Below are positions 9,487-17,187 of a DNA stretch of 64,000 nucleotides, one piece after another; the stretch's first letter is position 1, and every line of letters starts with the position of its first letter. The notes beneath the pieces were generated by a model. It saw only the letters and a list, made by a program, of their open reading frames with translations. It had not been told where the DNA came from and did no database searches. The translations under genes were made by a program, and so were the position numbers. The DNA is from Minisyncoccota bacterium (GTDB lineage Bacteria > Patescibacteriota > Microgenomatia > PFEM01 > JAFGMK01): the NCBI GenBank assembly GCA_016927565.1, contig JAFGMK010000006.1, positions 37,942 through 101,941 on the forward strand, in the 5' to 3' direction.

Positions 9487-10178
9487 CTTATCAATCTCTT
9501 TCTCACTGCCAAAGTTAAATATTGCCAGCCATCCTGAAAAGCCCTTAATTTACTTTTCCCCAATCTTTGATCATAGCTAATTTTCATCTGACCCCAACGG
9601 CATTTTAAATAATGAATCGCCTCAATCTTTATCTCATGACTAAAAAAGTATTGATTAGATCTTACTTTTAATTTTTGCCAAAGATTCCTTTGAATCAGGA
9701 ACATTCCTGACAAAGAATCATTAAGGCGGACTTTATAAATCAGGCGGAAATGCCAAGTTAAGAGCAGATTCCCAATCCGCTTAACCAACTGCATCGTCTT
9801 TAAAAACAGATAGTTTGAACCAAAACGGTCAGCCACCAAGAATTCTAATTTTCCTTTCAGGGAATAATCTAGCAACCGGGGAATTTCCTCAACCGGATAA
9901 GTCCCGTCAGCATCACAAACGACCATGATTTCTCCGCGGGAATCATTAAGGCCTCTTTTAATGGCATAACCATAACCCTGATTTTTTTCCCTTAAAACCC
10001 TAGCTCCTAATCGCCGGGCAACTTCGGCAGTTTTATCGGTTGAGTTGTTATCAACGACAACAATCTCGGTTTCAAAACCTCTGGCTCGGATCTCTTTAAC
10101 AGGAACAGCGGGAATAATCTTTTCTACACCCTGTTCCTCATTGTAGGCTGGTAAAATAAGAGAAAAATAATGTTTCAC
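9483..10178 (-). CDS. GT2 family glycosyltransferase, polyprenol-phosphate sugar synthase-like (DPM1/ArnC-like)
   Basis: LILPAYNEE...VVVDNNSTDKT...VCDADG are GT-A DxD-family motifs. 231 aa. Confidence 0.8.
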   Translation of the reverse strand: MKHYFSLILPAYNEEQGVEKIIPAVPVKEIRARGFETEIVVVDNNSTDKTAEVARRLGARVLREKNQGYGYAIKRGLNDSRGEIMVVCDADGTYPVEEIPRLLDYSLKGKLEFLVADRFGSNYLFLKTMQLVKRIGNLLLTWHFRLIYKVRLNDSLSGMFLIQRNLWQKLKVRSNQYFFSHEIKIEAIHYLKCRWGQMKISYDQRLGKSKLRAFQDGWQYLTLAVRKRLIR

Positions 10179-10201
10179 ACCATTATTATATAATACTTGA
10201 A

Positions 10202-11536
10202 ATGCCTAAATCAGTTCTGGCAATTTTTTATCAGGATTACTGGCGAGATGAAGCAATCAGTCTTCTGATTGCTTCCAAGAATCTGAAAGAATTCTTTCCT
10301 TTTGCTGCCAAAGATATTCATCCGCCACTTTACTACCTTTTACTTCACTTTTGGATTAAGTTATTTAGCGAATCCGAGTTTGCAACACGAAGTCTTTCCC
10401 TTATCTGCCATCTTTTATTAGTCTTTTTTTCCTACCAAATATTAAAACACCTTTTAAAAAATCGTTTAATCTCACTCTGGATTACTCCATCAATCTTGCT
10501 AAACCCCTTTTTAATCAAGTATGCCGCTGAAGCCAGAGCCTATTCTCTCTTTGGTTTCTTGGTTATTGCCGCTATCTTTTTTTATCTCAAGAAGCGTTTT
10601 TTTCTAAGTTCGTTTTTTTGGGCTTTGACAATCATCACTCACAATATCAGCCTTCTTTACCTGACATCCTTGGCTATTTTTTGGTTCTGGCAAAACAAGA
10701 AGCGTTTCCGGAAAAAGATCCGTCAGTTTACTCTTATATTTGGCCTCCCTATTTTAGTTTTCCTACTCCGGATCAAGTTTATCTGGTCCCAATCTGCACG
10801 AATTGGGCAGAGGTTTTGGATCAAACCGGCTCCTTTCCCAATTTTTCTAACTGCTTTCAAGGCTTTTTTCCAAGGTCAACTATACAGCCCCAAAACCAGG
10901 ATGTTAAACTATAGATTGGCCCTAGCCCTGATTTTAATCAGCTTTTTTTATTGGATTATTAAAAGAATTTATCCTCAGAAAACCAGGAAAAGCCCTGATC
11001 AGCAAAGTCTAATTTTAGTTTTCCTATCCTTTGCTCCTCTTGTCTTAATTGAAAGTATTTCTCTTATCTGGATCCCTCTTTATCATGAAAAGGTGGTCAT
11101 TCCCAGTCTTCCCCTTTTTATTATCTGGATTGCCTGCGCTCTCTTAAAGTTAGGAAAGATCAGCAGAAGCCTTAAGCTTTCCCTTGTCTTCCTGGCTCTA
11201 ATTTATAATTTTACTTTGGCTTTTGGAGCCAAAGAAACTCTAGCCGCTACCTCCAAACCCCCAATTAGACAGGCTGTTAATCAAATTCTTTTAAAGGCAA
11301 AAGAAACAGACATTATTATCCCTGAGTCGCCGCTCAATTTTCCCGAAACTAAGTATTACCTTAATAAGTCGGCCAAAAAACTACCAGTGCTTGCTTTCTT
11401 TAAAGAACCAGAAGAGTCCTTCCATGTTTATTATATTTGGATCGAGCCAGAGGAAAGAATTTATAAATATCCCCAAGATCAAAATGTCTGGATTATTACC
11501 CTTGACGGGAAATATTTCTTAAGAGGCAATCAGTAA
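10202..11536 (+). CDS. GT39/GT83-like (ArnT/PMT family) membrane glycosyltransferase
   Basis: The first periplasmic loop has WRDEAISLL and KDIHPPLYYLLL, which match the DE...HPPL signature of the ArnT/PMT family. Multi-TM, 444 aa. Confidence 0.6.
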   Translation: MPKSVLAIFYQDYWRDEAISLLIASKNLKEFFPFAAKDIHPPLYYLLLHFWIKLFSESEFATRSLSLICHLLLVFFSYQILKHLLKNRLISLWITPSILLNPFLIKYAAEARAYSLFGFLVIAAIFFYLKKRFFLSSFFWALTIITHNISLLYLTSLAIFWFWQNKKRFRKKIRQFTLIFGLPILVFLLRIKFIWSQSARIGQRFWIKPAPFPIFLTAFKAFFQGQLYSPKTRMLNYRLALALILISFFYWIIKRIYPQKTRKSPDQQSLILVFLSFAPLVLIESISLIWIPLYHEKVVIPSLPLFIIWIACALLKLGKISRSLKLSLVFLALIYNFTLAFGAKETLAATSKPPIRQAVNQILLKAKETDIIIPESPLNFPETKYYLNKSAKKLPVLAFFKEPEESFHVYYIWIEPEERIYKYPQDQNVWIITLDGKYFLRGNQ

Positions 11537-11538
11537 CT

Positions 11539-11868
11539 CTATCCCCCATATCTCTTTAAAAGCCCCGGGTGATCGGCTTGCATTTTTTTGTAAATCGTTA
11601 AGGCCAGAAATAAAGACTCCTGGATGAATTTTTCTGACGCCCCAACTTCTTTAATGTTTTGGGTAATCCTTTTAATATCCGGCTGATTCTCGAGATTTGC
11701 GATGTTTCGGGTCCGGACCAAGACATCGACCGCCTGCCAAGCCAGCTGTCTTAATCTTAGACGCTCCATTTCGGTTTTATCACCGCAATGTTTTTCGATC
11801 AGCTCGTCAATTGGCCTTCTTAGCCTGGCCATAATTTCCTGGTCAGTTTCCTGTTTTAATTGGTTCAT
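11539..11868 (-). CDS. hypothetical protein
   Basis: 109-aa ORF that converges on the GT39-like gene. No motif recognised. Confidence 0.35.
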   Translation of the reverse strand: MNQLKQETDQEIMARLRRPIDELIEKHCGDKTEMERLRLRQLAWQAVDVLVRTRNIANLENQPDIKRITQNIKEVGASEKFIQESLFLALTIYKKMQADHPGLLKRYGG

Positions 11869-11994
11869 TAAATCCTATTCTACTACAGCCTTAGAATTCT
11901 TTTCCATCTCCCGCAGCAAAAAATAACTTTAATGCCTTTAACGATCCGGGATCATTTTTAAGTAGACGATCCGGTAAAAATATCTGGGAAATCG

Positions 11995-13524
11995 TTAGTA
12001 AAACTGATCTTTAGGTCTATATTGAAGCGCCTCAGCCAAATGGATAATTTTAATCTTTCCTTCCCCGGCCAAATCAGCAATGGTGCGGGCAATTTTAATG
12101 GTTTTAAAGTACGCCCGGGCAGAGAGATTCATTTGAGAAACAGCCTGACGAAGGAGACTAAGACAGTCTTTATCCAAGAGACAATGTTTTTTAATATCTT
12201 TGTTTTTCATTTCCGAGTTGGCTTTAATCTTTGTCTTTTTAAATCTTTGCCCCTGCTGATCCCGAGCAACCTGAACTCTTTTTTGAACGCTTTTTGAAGA
12301 TTCACTAATGACATTATCGCTGGTTAATTTTTCCACCGAAACAGCGGGCACTTGGACATGAAGGTCAATCCGGTCGAGGATCGGGCCGGAGATCTTTTTT
12401 TGGTAGCGGATAATCTGACCGGGCAAACACTTACATTCTTTTTTATCACTTCCAAGCCAACCGCAGGGGCAGGGATTCGAAGCGGCAATCAAAATAAACT
12501 CAGCCGGATAAGTAACTGTCCCTGCCGCTCGAGAAATGGTTACCCGACCATCCTCCATGGGTTGTCTCAGAGATTCCAAAACCGACCGGGGGAATTCCGG
12601 AAATTCGTCCAGAAACAGAACCCCCCGATGAGCCAAAGAAACCTCTCCCGGCCGGGGCCGGGCACCACCGCCGATTATTCCAACCTGGGAAACCGTGTGA
12701 TGAGGTGAACGAAAAGGACGGTTTTTAACAATTGCACTTTTCTCGGGTAAATTACCGGTAATCGAGTAAATTTTAGTTATCTCTAAAGCCTCTTCTTCGG
12801 TTAAATCAGGCAGAATTCCCGGCAAAGACCGGGCTAACATTGTTTTCCCGGAACCCGGTAAACCTTTTAGAAAAAGGTTGTGGCCTCCAGCGGCTGAGAT
12901 TTCCAGAGCTCTTTTGGCAAACTCTTGGCCCTTGATTTCTGAGAGGTCAAATTCGGCCTGAGGATCAGAAACCAAGGAAGAAAAGTCGGTTTTGGGAAAG
13001 GGCTTAACTTTTTTAAAACCGGAAAAATGACTAAAAAGCTTAACTAGATTAGGAATCGGGTAAACCTTAAGTCCGCCAACAACAGCGGCTTCAGAAGCAT
13101 CAACTTGGGGTAAAAAAACTTTTTTTAGCTTTTTCTTCTTGGCCAAAAGTGCTAAGGGCAAGACGCCGTTAGTGTGTCTTAAGGAGCCGTCGAGAGAGAG
13201 TTCGCCTAAAAAGAAGGTTTCTTTTAAGTTGGCGGCCATCTGGCCAGAGGCAATTAGGATTCCCACTGCCAAGGGTAGGTCATAAGCCGGGCCTTCTTTG
13301 GGCAGATTGGCGGGAGCCAAATTGATTGTAACCCGGTGGTCGGGAAACTTAGCTCCGGAGTTTCTAATAGCCGTAAAAACTCTTTCCTTGGCTTCTTCGA
13401 TGGCTTTGTTGGGCAGACCAACAATTTTAAATGAGGGAAAGCCTTTGGAGGAGACATCAACCTCAACCTCAACCAAAACCCCATCCAAACCAACGGTGGC
13501 GCCGGAAAAAACTTTGGCAAGCAT
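11995..13524 (-). CDS. comM: YifB/ComM family Mg-chelatase-like AAA+ ATPase
   Basis: N-terminal Lon-protease-like domain (MLAKVFSGATVGLDGVLVEVEVD), Walker A GLPGSGKT, and a C-terminal ChlI-like region. 509 aa. Confidence 0.9.
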   Translation of the reverse strand: MLAKVFSGATVGLDGVLVEVEVDVSSKGFPSFKIVGLPNKAIEEAKERVFTAIRNSGAKFPDHRVTINLAPANLPKEGPAYDLPLAVGILIASGQMAANLKETFFLGELSLDGSLRHTNGVLPLALLAKKKKLKKVFLPQVDASEAAVVGGLKVYPIPNLVKLFSHFSGFKKVKPFPKTDFSSLVSDPQAEFDLSEIKGQEFAKRALEISAAGGHNLFLKGLPGSGKTMLARSLPGILPDLTEEEALEITKIYSITGNLPEKSAIVKNRPFRSPHHTVSQVGIIGGGARPRPGEVSLAHRGVLFLDEFPEFPRSVLESLRQPMEDGRVTISRAAGTVTYPAEFILIAASNPCPCGWLGSDKKECKCLPGQIIRYQKKISGPILDRIDLHVQVPAVSVEKLTSDNVISESSKSVQKRVQVARDQQGQRFKKTKIKANSEMKNKDIKKHCLLDKDCLSLLRQAVSQMNLSARAYFKTIKIARTIADLAGEGKIKIIHLAEALQYRPKDQFY

Positions 13525-13545
13525 TAGTTTTTATGATAGCAAAAG
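13465..13545. repeat. copy A (genuine) of the comM 5'-end/promoter repeat
   Basis: AACCTCAACCAAAACCCCATCCAAACCAACGGTGGCGCCGGAAAAAACTTTGGCAAGCAT...TATGATAGCAAAAG covers the comM start codon and first ~20 codons. It recurs at 16175, 21465 and 22448. Confidence 0.85.
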
Positions 13546-13603
13546 GAGCTGTGAAGGGCAAAGCCTCAAGGGTTTAAAGCTAAAACATCTGAACGGGATT
13601 GAT

Positions 13604-14224
13604 TCATTTAAGAACATATCTTTCTATCTGAGAAACTACTAGCTCAGGTGTTAAACGAGTGGTGTCAATTGTCTCTGAATGAAAGTGTTTCCTGCCTATT
13701 TCGACAATTACTGCCTCCATAGCCATAAATCTTTCAGGCGCAGCAACAATCATTAAATCTCTCTCTGTGACTAGATCTGTTCTATCTTTACGCCTTTGCT
13801 CAAGCCGCTGCAGCCTTGCTTCTAGACTAGCAGTTAAAATAAACGAGTGATCAAAGAGGGGGTGTTGCGGCAACATATCAACTAGAACCTCGGGAATTCT
13901 TGGCGTTCCAGATACCGTGTGGAAAGCTAACGATCTTAAAATTATTGTCGAGTCCTGAATTGTATTAACTTCGGGCCATGTAAACATTTCCAAATCTGCC
14001 ATTAAAGCAACCGCATATAGGTTTCCTAAAATTTCTGGACTGAAGGAATCACTTCTACCAATCGAATCGGCTAATAATCGGATTATGTTTTCTTCTTGGC
14101 AAATACTTTTTCTTTGGACTATCCAGGGAGCTGATTGTCGGGAGGCAAAACTATTAGCTATTAAAGATTTACCAGCAAGATCCATTCCATCTAAATGGAT
14201 GAATTTAGCTCTTTCGGAATTCAT
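13604..14224 (-). CDS. thymidylate/dNMP kinase-like P-loop protein
   Basis: FIHLDGMDLAGKS fits GxxxxGKS in the position of the dTMP kinase P-loop. The LID-like and DR.x regions are weakly alignable to Tmk. The assignment is tentative. Confidence 0.45.
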   Translation of the reverse strand: MNSERAKFIHLDGMDLAGKSLIANSFASRQSAPWIVQRKSICQEENIIRLLADSIGRSDSFSPEILGNLYAVALMADLEMFTWPEVNTIQDSTIILRSLAFHTVSGTPRIPEVLVDMLPQHPLFDHSFILTASLEARLQRLEQRRKDRTDLVTERDLMIVAAPERFMAMEAVIVEIGRKHFHSETIDTTRLTPELVVSQIERYVLK

Positions 14225-14609
14225 TTAAGAAAACTTTGGTTTGGGGCACAATTTTTGAGGGCAACTTATTAAGAGAAAACCAGCGAACCTCCACTGTCTT
14301 ATCTAATGGCTTCGGGTTTCCGCTTAGATAATAAGATCTAAATCTTAGGTATATTTTTGCCTTTTTTTGATTAACTTCGGAAGATACTAGAAAATGATTC
14401 TTGATTCGAATATTGGTTTCCTCTAAAACTTCACGCGCCAAGCCGGAAGTTATTGTCTTATCCTTAAGCTCTATTTTCCCTCCGGGAATAACCCAAAAAC
14501 CAGGAAAAGTATCTTCATCTTGGCCACGCTTAACAAGTAAGACCTGGTCATCCTTAAAAATAGCGGTTGAAACATTAATTACAAATTGGGTGGCTTTTTT
14601 GTTTTTCAT
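14205..14609 (-). CDS. NUDIX hydrolase
   Basis: Nudix box GGKIELKDKTITSGLAREVLEETNI matches Gx5Ex7REUxEExGU. Confidence 0.75.
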   Translation of the reverse strand: MKNKKATQFVINVSTAIFKDDQVLLVKRGQDEDTFPGFWVIPGGKIELKDKTITSGLAREVLEETNIRIKNHFLVSSEVNQKKAKIYLRFRSYYLSGNPKPLDKTVEVRWFSLNKLPSKIVPQTKVFLNEFRKS

Positions 14610-14807
14610 CGGTGAAAATTATAATTTATTCAAAGGCAAGGTTACAGTCATTATTTTCAAAATTTCCCTTAAAGTAAACTATTTTATTTAATTAACTAAT
14701 TTATTTGTTTTTAAAACTGTATCATTAGCAATGTCCTAATGCTATTTATTACTTAGGCAATGTGTAAATAAGCTGCCCGTTATGATGCCTCTTGCTATAA
14801 TACATCC

Positions 14808-15368
14808 ATGGGTTATAAACGAATAAACTTCATTCTTGAAAAGAGCTTATATGCCCAGCTCAAGAAGCGCGCCGCAAAACAAGGTGTCCCAATTTCAAAA
14901 ACAGTTACTACTTGGATACAGAATTCCAATATTAACTCCGCTAAGATATCTCAACAGAAAATCACCGGAAGATTAACTACCTACAATTTCTGGGTTGATA
15001 AAGAAACCTATAAATTCCTAAAACAAATTTCGGGTGTAAAAAATGCTCAAATAAGCACCATTTTAAGATCATTAATATTTAACAATCTCAATCAAATAAA
15101 AGGCAGAAATGCCTGCGAAATTATTAAAATTAAAGCCGATAGATTATGGCTTGGCGGCCAGTTAATGCCCTTAAAAAAATATCTTTACTCCAACCTGGAT
15201 AGTCTAGATACTGACTCTCGACTTATACTTGCCCGGGTCTACTTAGAGCTGGGGATGTTTGACGAAGCGAAGCGCATAGGACGAGATGTGGCTAATAAGA
15301 AAAATAATCAGATTAACTCCATTAAGGCAAACACCATCCGGAGCAAATCCGAAGCTCTGCTTTATTAA
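14808..15368 (+). CDS. ribbon-helix-helix (CopG/Arc-like) domain protein, probably two RHH repeats
   Basis: N-terminal KRINFILEKSLYAQLKKRAAKQGVPISKTV has the RHH pattern. A second similar segment sits at residues ~60-95. TATAAT lies 6 nt upstream of the ATG, so the mRNA may be leaderless. Confidence 0.4.
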   Translation: MGYKRINFILEKSLYAQLKKRAAKQGVPISKTVTTWIQNSNINSAKISQQKITGRLTTYNFWVDKETYKFLKQISGVKNAQISTILRSLIFNNLNQIKGRNACEIIKIKADRLWLGGQLMPLKKYLYSNLDSLDTDSRLILARVYLELGMFDEAKRIGRDVANKKNNQINSIKANTIRSKSEALLY

Positions 15369-15409
15369 CTTTGGAAAACAAGAAAATTAGCCCAATGGCA
15401 ATATGATTT

Positions 15410-16039
15410 TTATTTTTTCATGCCTAGGAGCCGGTCCTTATCGATAGCGGCGTCATTTTCCATTAATTCACTCCACCACCACTCATTGGGATTGCTTTCT
15501 TTCATCAGGTAAACAATTTTTTTGGCAGAAGCAGTATTCATAGCCGGAACACGATCGTTAAAGTCAGACTCAAACCATTTTTGGGCCAGTTTATGTCCTT
15601 GCCACATCATTACCCACTCGGTGTAGATCTGGGTCAGGCTGTCGGCGTCTTTGACAATCTTGGCAATTCTGGTTTCTTGTCTTTCATACTCATCAAAAAG
15701 GGATTTGATGTTTTGGCCAAATTTGATACCTTCGACCTGTTTAGTTAAGGCTTTGTTTTCATCGATTTTGACATAATGCTTGGCGATAAAACCGATTTCG
15801 CCGGTCCTGGCTTCAACCAGATCATGGAAAAGAGCCATGGAAACACACTTGAGGCCGTCTTTATGGGATAAACCCTCCATCTGGGATAAAACATAAGCAA
15901 TAACACTACATTGATAGGAATGAGAAGCAACCGTATCAAAGGCATTACCCAGATGATACTGATGTGATCTTGGCATCAGCATTAAAAGACCCGATTGCTG
16001 AATCAAATGGAAAATTTTGGTTATCTCACTCTTAGTCAT
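15410..16039 (-). CDS. HD-domain phosphohydrolase, YfbR-like 5'-deoxynucleotidase family
   Basis: HSYQCSVIAYVL...ALFHDLVEARTGE is an H...HD metal-binding signature with YfbR-like spacing. Confidence 0.65.
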   Translation of the reverse strand: MTKSEITKIFHLIQQSGLLMLMPRSHQYHLGNAFDTVASHSYQCSVIAYVLSQMEGLSHKDGLKCVSMALFHDLVEARTGEIGFIAKHYVKIDENKALTKQVEGIKFGQNIKSLFDEYERQETRIAKIVKDADSLTQIYTEWVMMWQGHKLAQKWFESDFNDRVPAMNTASAKKIVYLMKESNPNEWWWSELMENDAAIDKDRLLGMKK

Positions 16040-16089
16040 AAGGTGAAATATACTATATCACAAAAATAACTCCTGATATTCCCTTTCTA

Positions 16090-16254
16090 ATTTTCTCCAA
16101 ACTTTGCTGTTTTGGTTCTTTATCTTGGAAATCTTTTTTTTAATTTCAAAGTGGCAGGTTAAATTGTGATCATAACCTCAACCAAAACCCCATCCAAACC
16201 AACAGTGGCGCCGGAAAAAACCTTTGAAAGCATTTGAGGTTATGATAGCAAAAT
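16090..16254. repeat. copy B of the comM 5'-end repeat (extended ~165 bp unit)
   Basis: Core 16175-16254 is near-identical to comM codons 1-20 plus ~25 bp upstream. An extra ~85 bp left arm is shared with copy C. It has an internal inverted repeat CATAACCTCAA...TTGAGGTTATG. Confidence 0.8.
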
Positions 16255-16306
16255 AGAGGGAGCAGAGCAAAGACTTGGAGGTGTAAATTTGACTTTTGAT
16301 TTTAGA

Positions 16307-16561
16307 CTAATAAATGATTGGGTTTCCTTCTGGGTCGTAAGTTAGAAATGGCCATTCAGTGCCAAGATGGCTTAATTCTTCCACTTCTCGGACAGGGTAT
16401 TGCCTATCACCCACCGTGATCCGGCCCTCTTCTAGACAACCTCCCTCGGCTAGGCTGGTAGCCTGACCAGCACTAAGAACAACCCCTTGAGGAGACCAGC
16501 CTCTTCGCAGGTCTTCTTGGAGCTTTTCACGAACTTGAGCACATGTTAATCGTTCGCACAT
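16307..16561 (-). CDS. hypothetical protein, G/E/R-rich composition atypical for the window
   Basis: 84-aa ORF inside the repeat-bounded segment 2. No motif recognised. Confidence 0.3.
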   Translation of the reverse strand: MCERLTCAQVREKLQEDLRRGWSPQGVVLSAGQATSLAEGGCLEEGRITVGDRQYPVREVEELSHLGTEWPFLTYDPEGNPIIY

Positions 16562-16647
16562 GATTAATTTATTAAGTAAATTAGTTGAAATAACAGTAAT
16601 ACTATTTTAAACTAGTTTTACTATAACTAAATAATTTTTCAGCTGAA

Positions 16648-17187
16648 ATGGAGTATAACACAGAAATAGCCTTTAGCAAAGACTTATGGGGTGAAATCGT
16701 TGAGGTTGAGTTTTGCCCCCAAGAAACACTTCCTTCTGAGGAGGAACTTCCTTTAACTGCAGTTTCTTGCATTGCTGTTACCGATGATAATAGAAGGGTT
16801 GTTTTGGCTAAAGTGCCCCGAGGTTGTGATCTGCCGGGTGGCCATATTGAAAGCGGCGAGAAGCCGGAGGACGCTCTAGCCCGTGAGCTAGAGGAAGAGA
16901 CCGGAGCTCGGTTTCAGGATAAACCGCACCTTATTGGGATTCGGAGAATGACTAAGAAGGCTGAGACTGTTCGAGTTCAACAATATCCGTTGGTAAGCGG
17001 GATTGCGGTATACATAGGAAGAGTAGTGTTGGATAAAAGCTTTGTTCCTCAGAAAGAATCATCGGAGAGAATTTTGGTCGATGTTCAAGAGATTGATCAG
17101 ATTCATCACCACTGGAGCCGGCAAGAGCAGGAGATTTTTGCTTATGCTAAAGAACGCTACCCTGATTACTTTCCCGACAAAATTTAA
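16648..17187 (+). CDS. NUDIX hydrolase
   Basis: Nudix box GGHIESGEKPEDALARELEEETGA. 179 aa. Converges on the 1368-aa gene with a 4-nt overlap. Confidence 0.75.
   Translation: MEYNTEIAFSKDLWGEIVEVEFCPQETLPSEEELPLTAVSCIAVTDDNRRVVLAKVPRGCDLPGGHIESGEKPEDALARELEEETGARFQDKPHLIGIRRMTKKAETVRVQQYPLVSGIAVYIGRVVLDKSFVPQKESSERILVDVQEIDQIHHHWSRQEQEIFAYAKERYPDYFPDKI

Noticed and set aside
12022-12708. Plus-strand ORFs 12022-12297 and 12352-12708 and minus-strand ORF 13254-13520 inside comM. Similar antisense or alternate-frame ORFs sit inside secF, secD, the 1368-aa gene, pilB, the 767-aa gene and others.
   Set aside because: These are shadow ORFs in alternate frames of long, well-supported genes. They have no SD and low-complexity composition.
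16040-16254. Reading the truncated comM copies B and C as expressed small ORFs (MLSKVFSGATVGLDGVLVEVMITI)
   Set aside because: They are 24-codon remnants that end by chance at an in-frame stop in unrelated sequence. They are more simply explained as displaced gene-end duplicates.
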